Positions 63,053-64,000 of a stretch of DNA of 64,000 nt are shown piece after piece (the first letter of the stretch is position 1; every line of letters starts with the position of its first letter). A program made the position numbers and the translations under genes. The notes beneath the pieces were generated by a model. It was not told the DNA's origin. It made no database searches and was given only the letters and a program-made list of their open reading frames with translations. This DNA comes from an uncultured virus (IMG/VR IMGVR_UViG_3300017963_000263). Its lineage: Duplodnaviria > Heunggongvirae > Uroviricota > Caudoviricetes. Where the stretch lies: IMG/VR virus record IMGVR_UViG_3300017963_000263; one strand, given 5' to 3'.

Positions 63053-64000
63053 TCATCTCCAGTTCGGGGTGAGGATTGTCTATTACCTGAAAGCCTTCGG
63101 GCATCGGATCTACACTTGGGTCAAATCCGGTAGTACACAAATCAAAGTAGCTGCAATATGGACAGGTGTTCCGATTGACTGTTCGGAACCACCGATTGTT
63201 TCGTTGCGCTTCCCGAATCGTCTGTTGGATTTCCCACAGCTCGTGAGCGCATTCTTCAAGCTCGCAATCCAGCCTGGGAATTTCGACACGAGCAAAGTAG
63301 AAATCCGGGCGAGCTGCAATGTCGTCGTTCAATTTCTCGCCCCATTCTTCGACGGTCATCGGGCGGGTGTTCAGAACGTAGCCTTTTTCCTTATCCGCTG
63401 TCTGGCGGGGTTCTCCGTTCTTCTTGAACACCCGCATGTTAGTGCGGTCAGTAACAATTTTGAGGCCGTCCTCGTCCGTCAACGGTACATCGGCCGGCTT
63501 GATGGTTGGCTTCCTTGCCACGTCGTAGAGAACCGTGGCCACGTCGTAGCCAAGCCTCCTGGCCGCGTTGACGTAGAAGCTGATTTGGTGGTCGATACGA
63601 AGACGCTTCCACAACGGAGCATCAATGCCGATGTCTTCGCCAATCGTCTTGTGCTCCATCACGGCAAGCCGTCCGTCTTCCAATTTCACGATGCCGTCGA
63701 TCTTCCCGGCCAACCGGAAAACAGTGGTGGACTTGCCTGTGGCGGGGTTCTCCAGCCCCAACTCGAAAGCCTTTTCAGCGGCGATGTATTCCAATCCGTC
63801 ATCCTGCCAACGCCAGTCGTAGCCACAGACAAGTCGCACCAGTGTTTCACATTCGTAATTCCAATCGGTTTCGTCGAATTGCTCGGGGCAATAGAGATAG
63901 GCTTTTCGGATGTATTCCACGGCTGAATCCAAATCCGTTACCAACAACTCCAGGGCCCGATGCCAGACACTTCCCATCCGCAATGCCCTCGCGTCGTACA
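63000..64000 (-). CDS. PD-(D/E)XK exonuclease (RecB/Cas4-like), 5' end beyond the window
   Basis: GSVWH, E..F, GKIDG, MEHKT, QISFY, CPYCSYFDLC. Confidence 0.85.
   Translation of the reverse strand, partial: YDARALRMGSVWHRALELLVTDLDSAVEYIRKAYLYCPEQFDETDWNYECETLVRLVCGYDWRWQDDGLEYIAAEKAFELGLENPATGKSTTVFRLAGKIDGIVKLEDGRLAVMEHKTIGEDIGIDAPLWKRLRIDHQISFYVNAARRLGYDVATVLYDVARKPTIKPADVPLTDEDGLKIVTDRTNMRVFKKNGEPRQTADKEKGYVLNTRPMTVEEWGEKLNDDIAARPDFYFARVEIPRLDCELEECAHELWEIQQTIREAQRNNRWFRTVNRNTCPYCSYFDLCTTGFDPSVDPMPEGFQVIDNPHPELEMNDGNRTATEQTEETAAG

Noticed and set aside
63000..64000. Cas4 linked to the RAMP-like locus
   Set aside because: It sits in the usual nuclease-AAA-SSB recombination module about 24 kb away.
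9000..64000. Long plus-strand ORFs in the track (e.g. 29500-30528, 31784-32848, 62928-63926)
   Set aside because: Antisense shadows of well-supported minus-strand genes in GC-rich DNA; no motifs or RBS recognised.

Overview
This window is most of a GC-rich tailed (siphovirus-like) phage or prophage genome, read almost entirely on the minus strand. The host is probably a Planctomycete, inferred from a Planctomycete-style prepilin gene. From right to left it holds: recombination and replication genes (PD-(D/E)XK nuclease, AAA ATPase, NinG, initiator, DnaC-like loader, RusA), many small early genes and three DNA methyltransferases, a membrane/protease module, a first structural block, terS/terL, portal, MuF, DUF2213 protease, capsid, tail with a -1 frameshift, and tape measure. 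These are followed by an eight-gene glycosyltransferase/radical-SAM/sulfotransferase cluster, a lone plus-strand prepilin gene, an array of about 18 short ORFs joined by a conserved boundary repeat, and three promoter-sRNA-terminator units. The standout is at 37.9-39.3 kb: a RAMP/Cas7-like gene whose stop codon runs straight into three tracts of phased GGA-NN pentamers, followed by a partner ORF. This is a candidate RNA-guided system with a non-contiguous guide. Other highlights are a loxP-like 13-8-13 site overlapping the promoter of a tyrosine recombinase and a ~400-nt highly structured antisense RNA candidate. All family calls come from motif recognition by eye; no searches were run.
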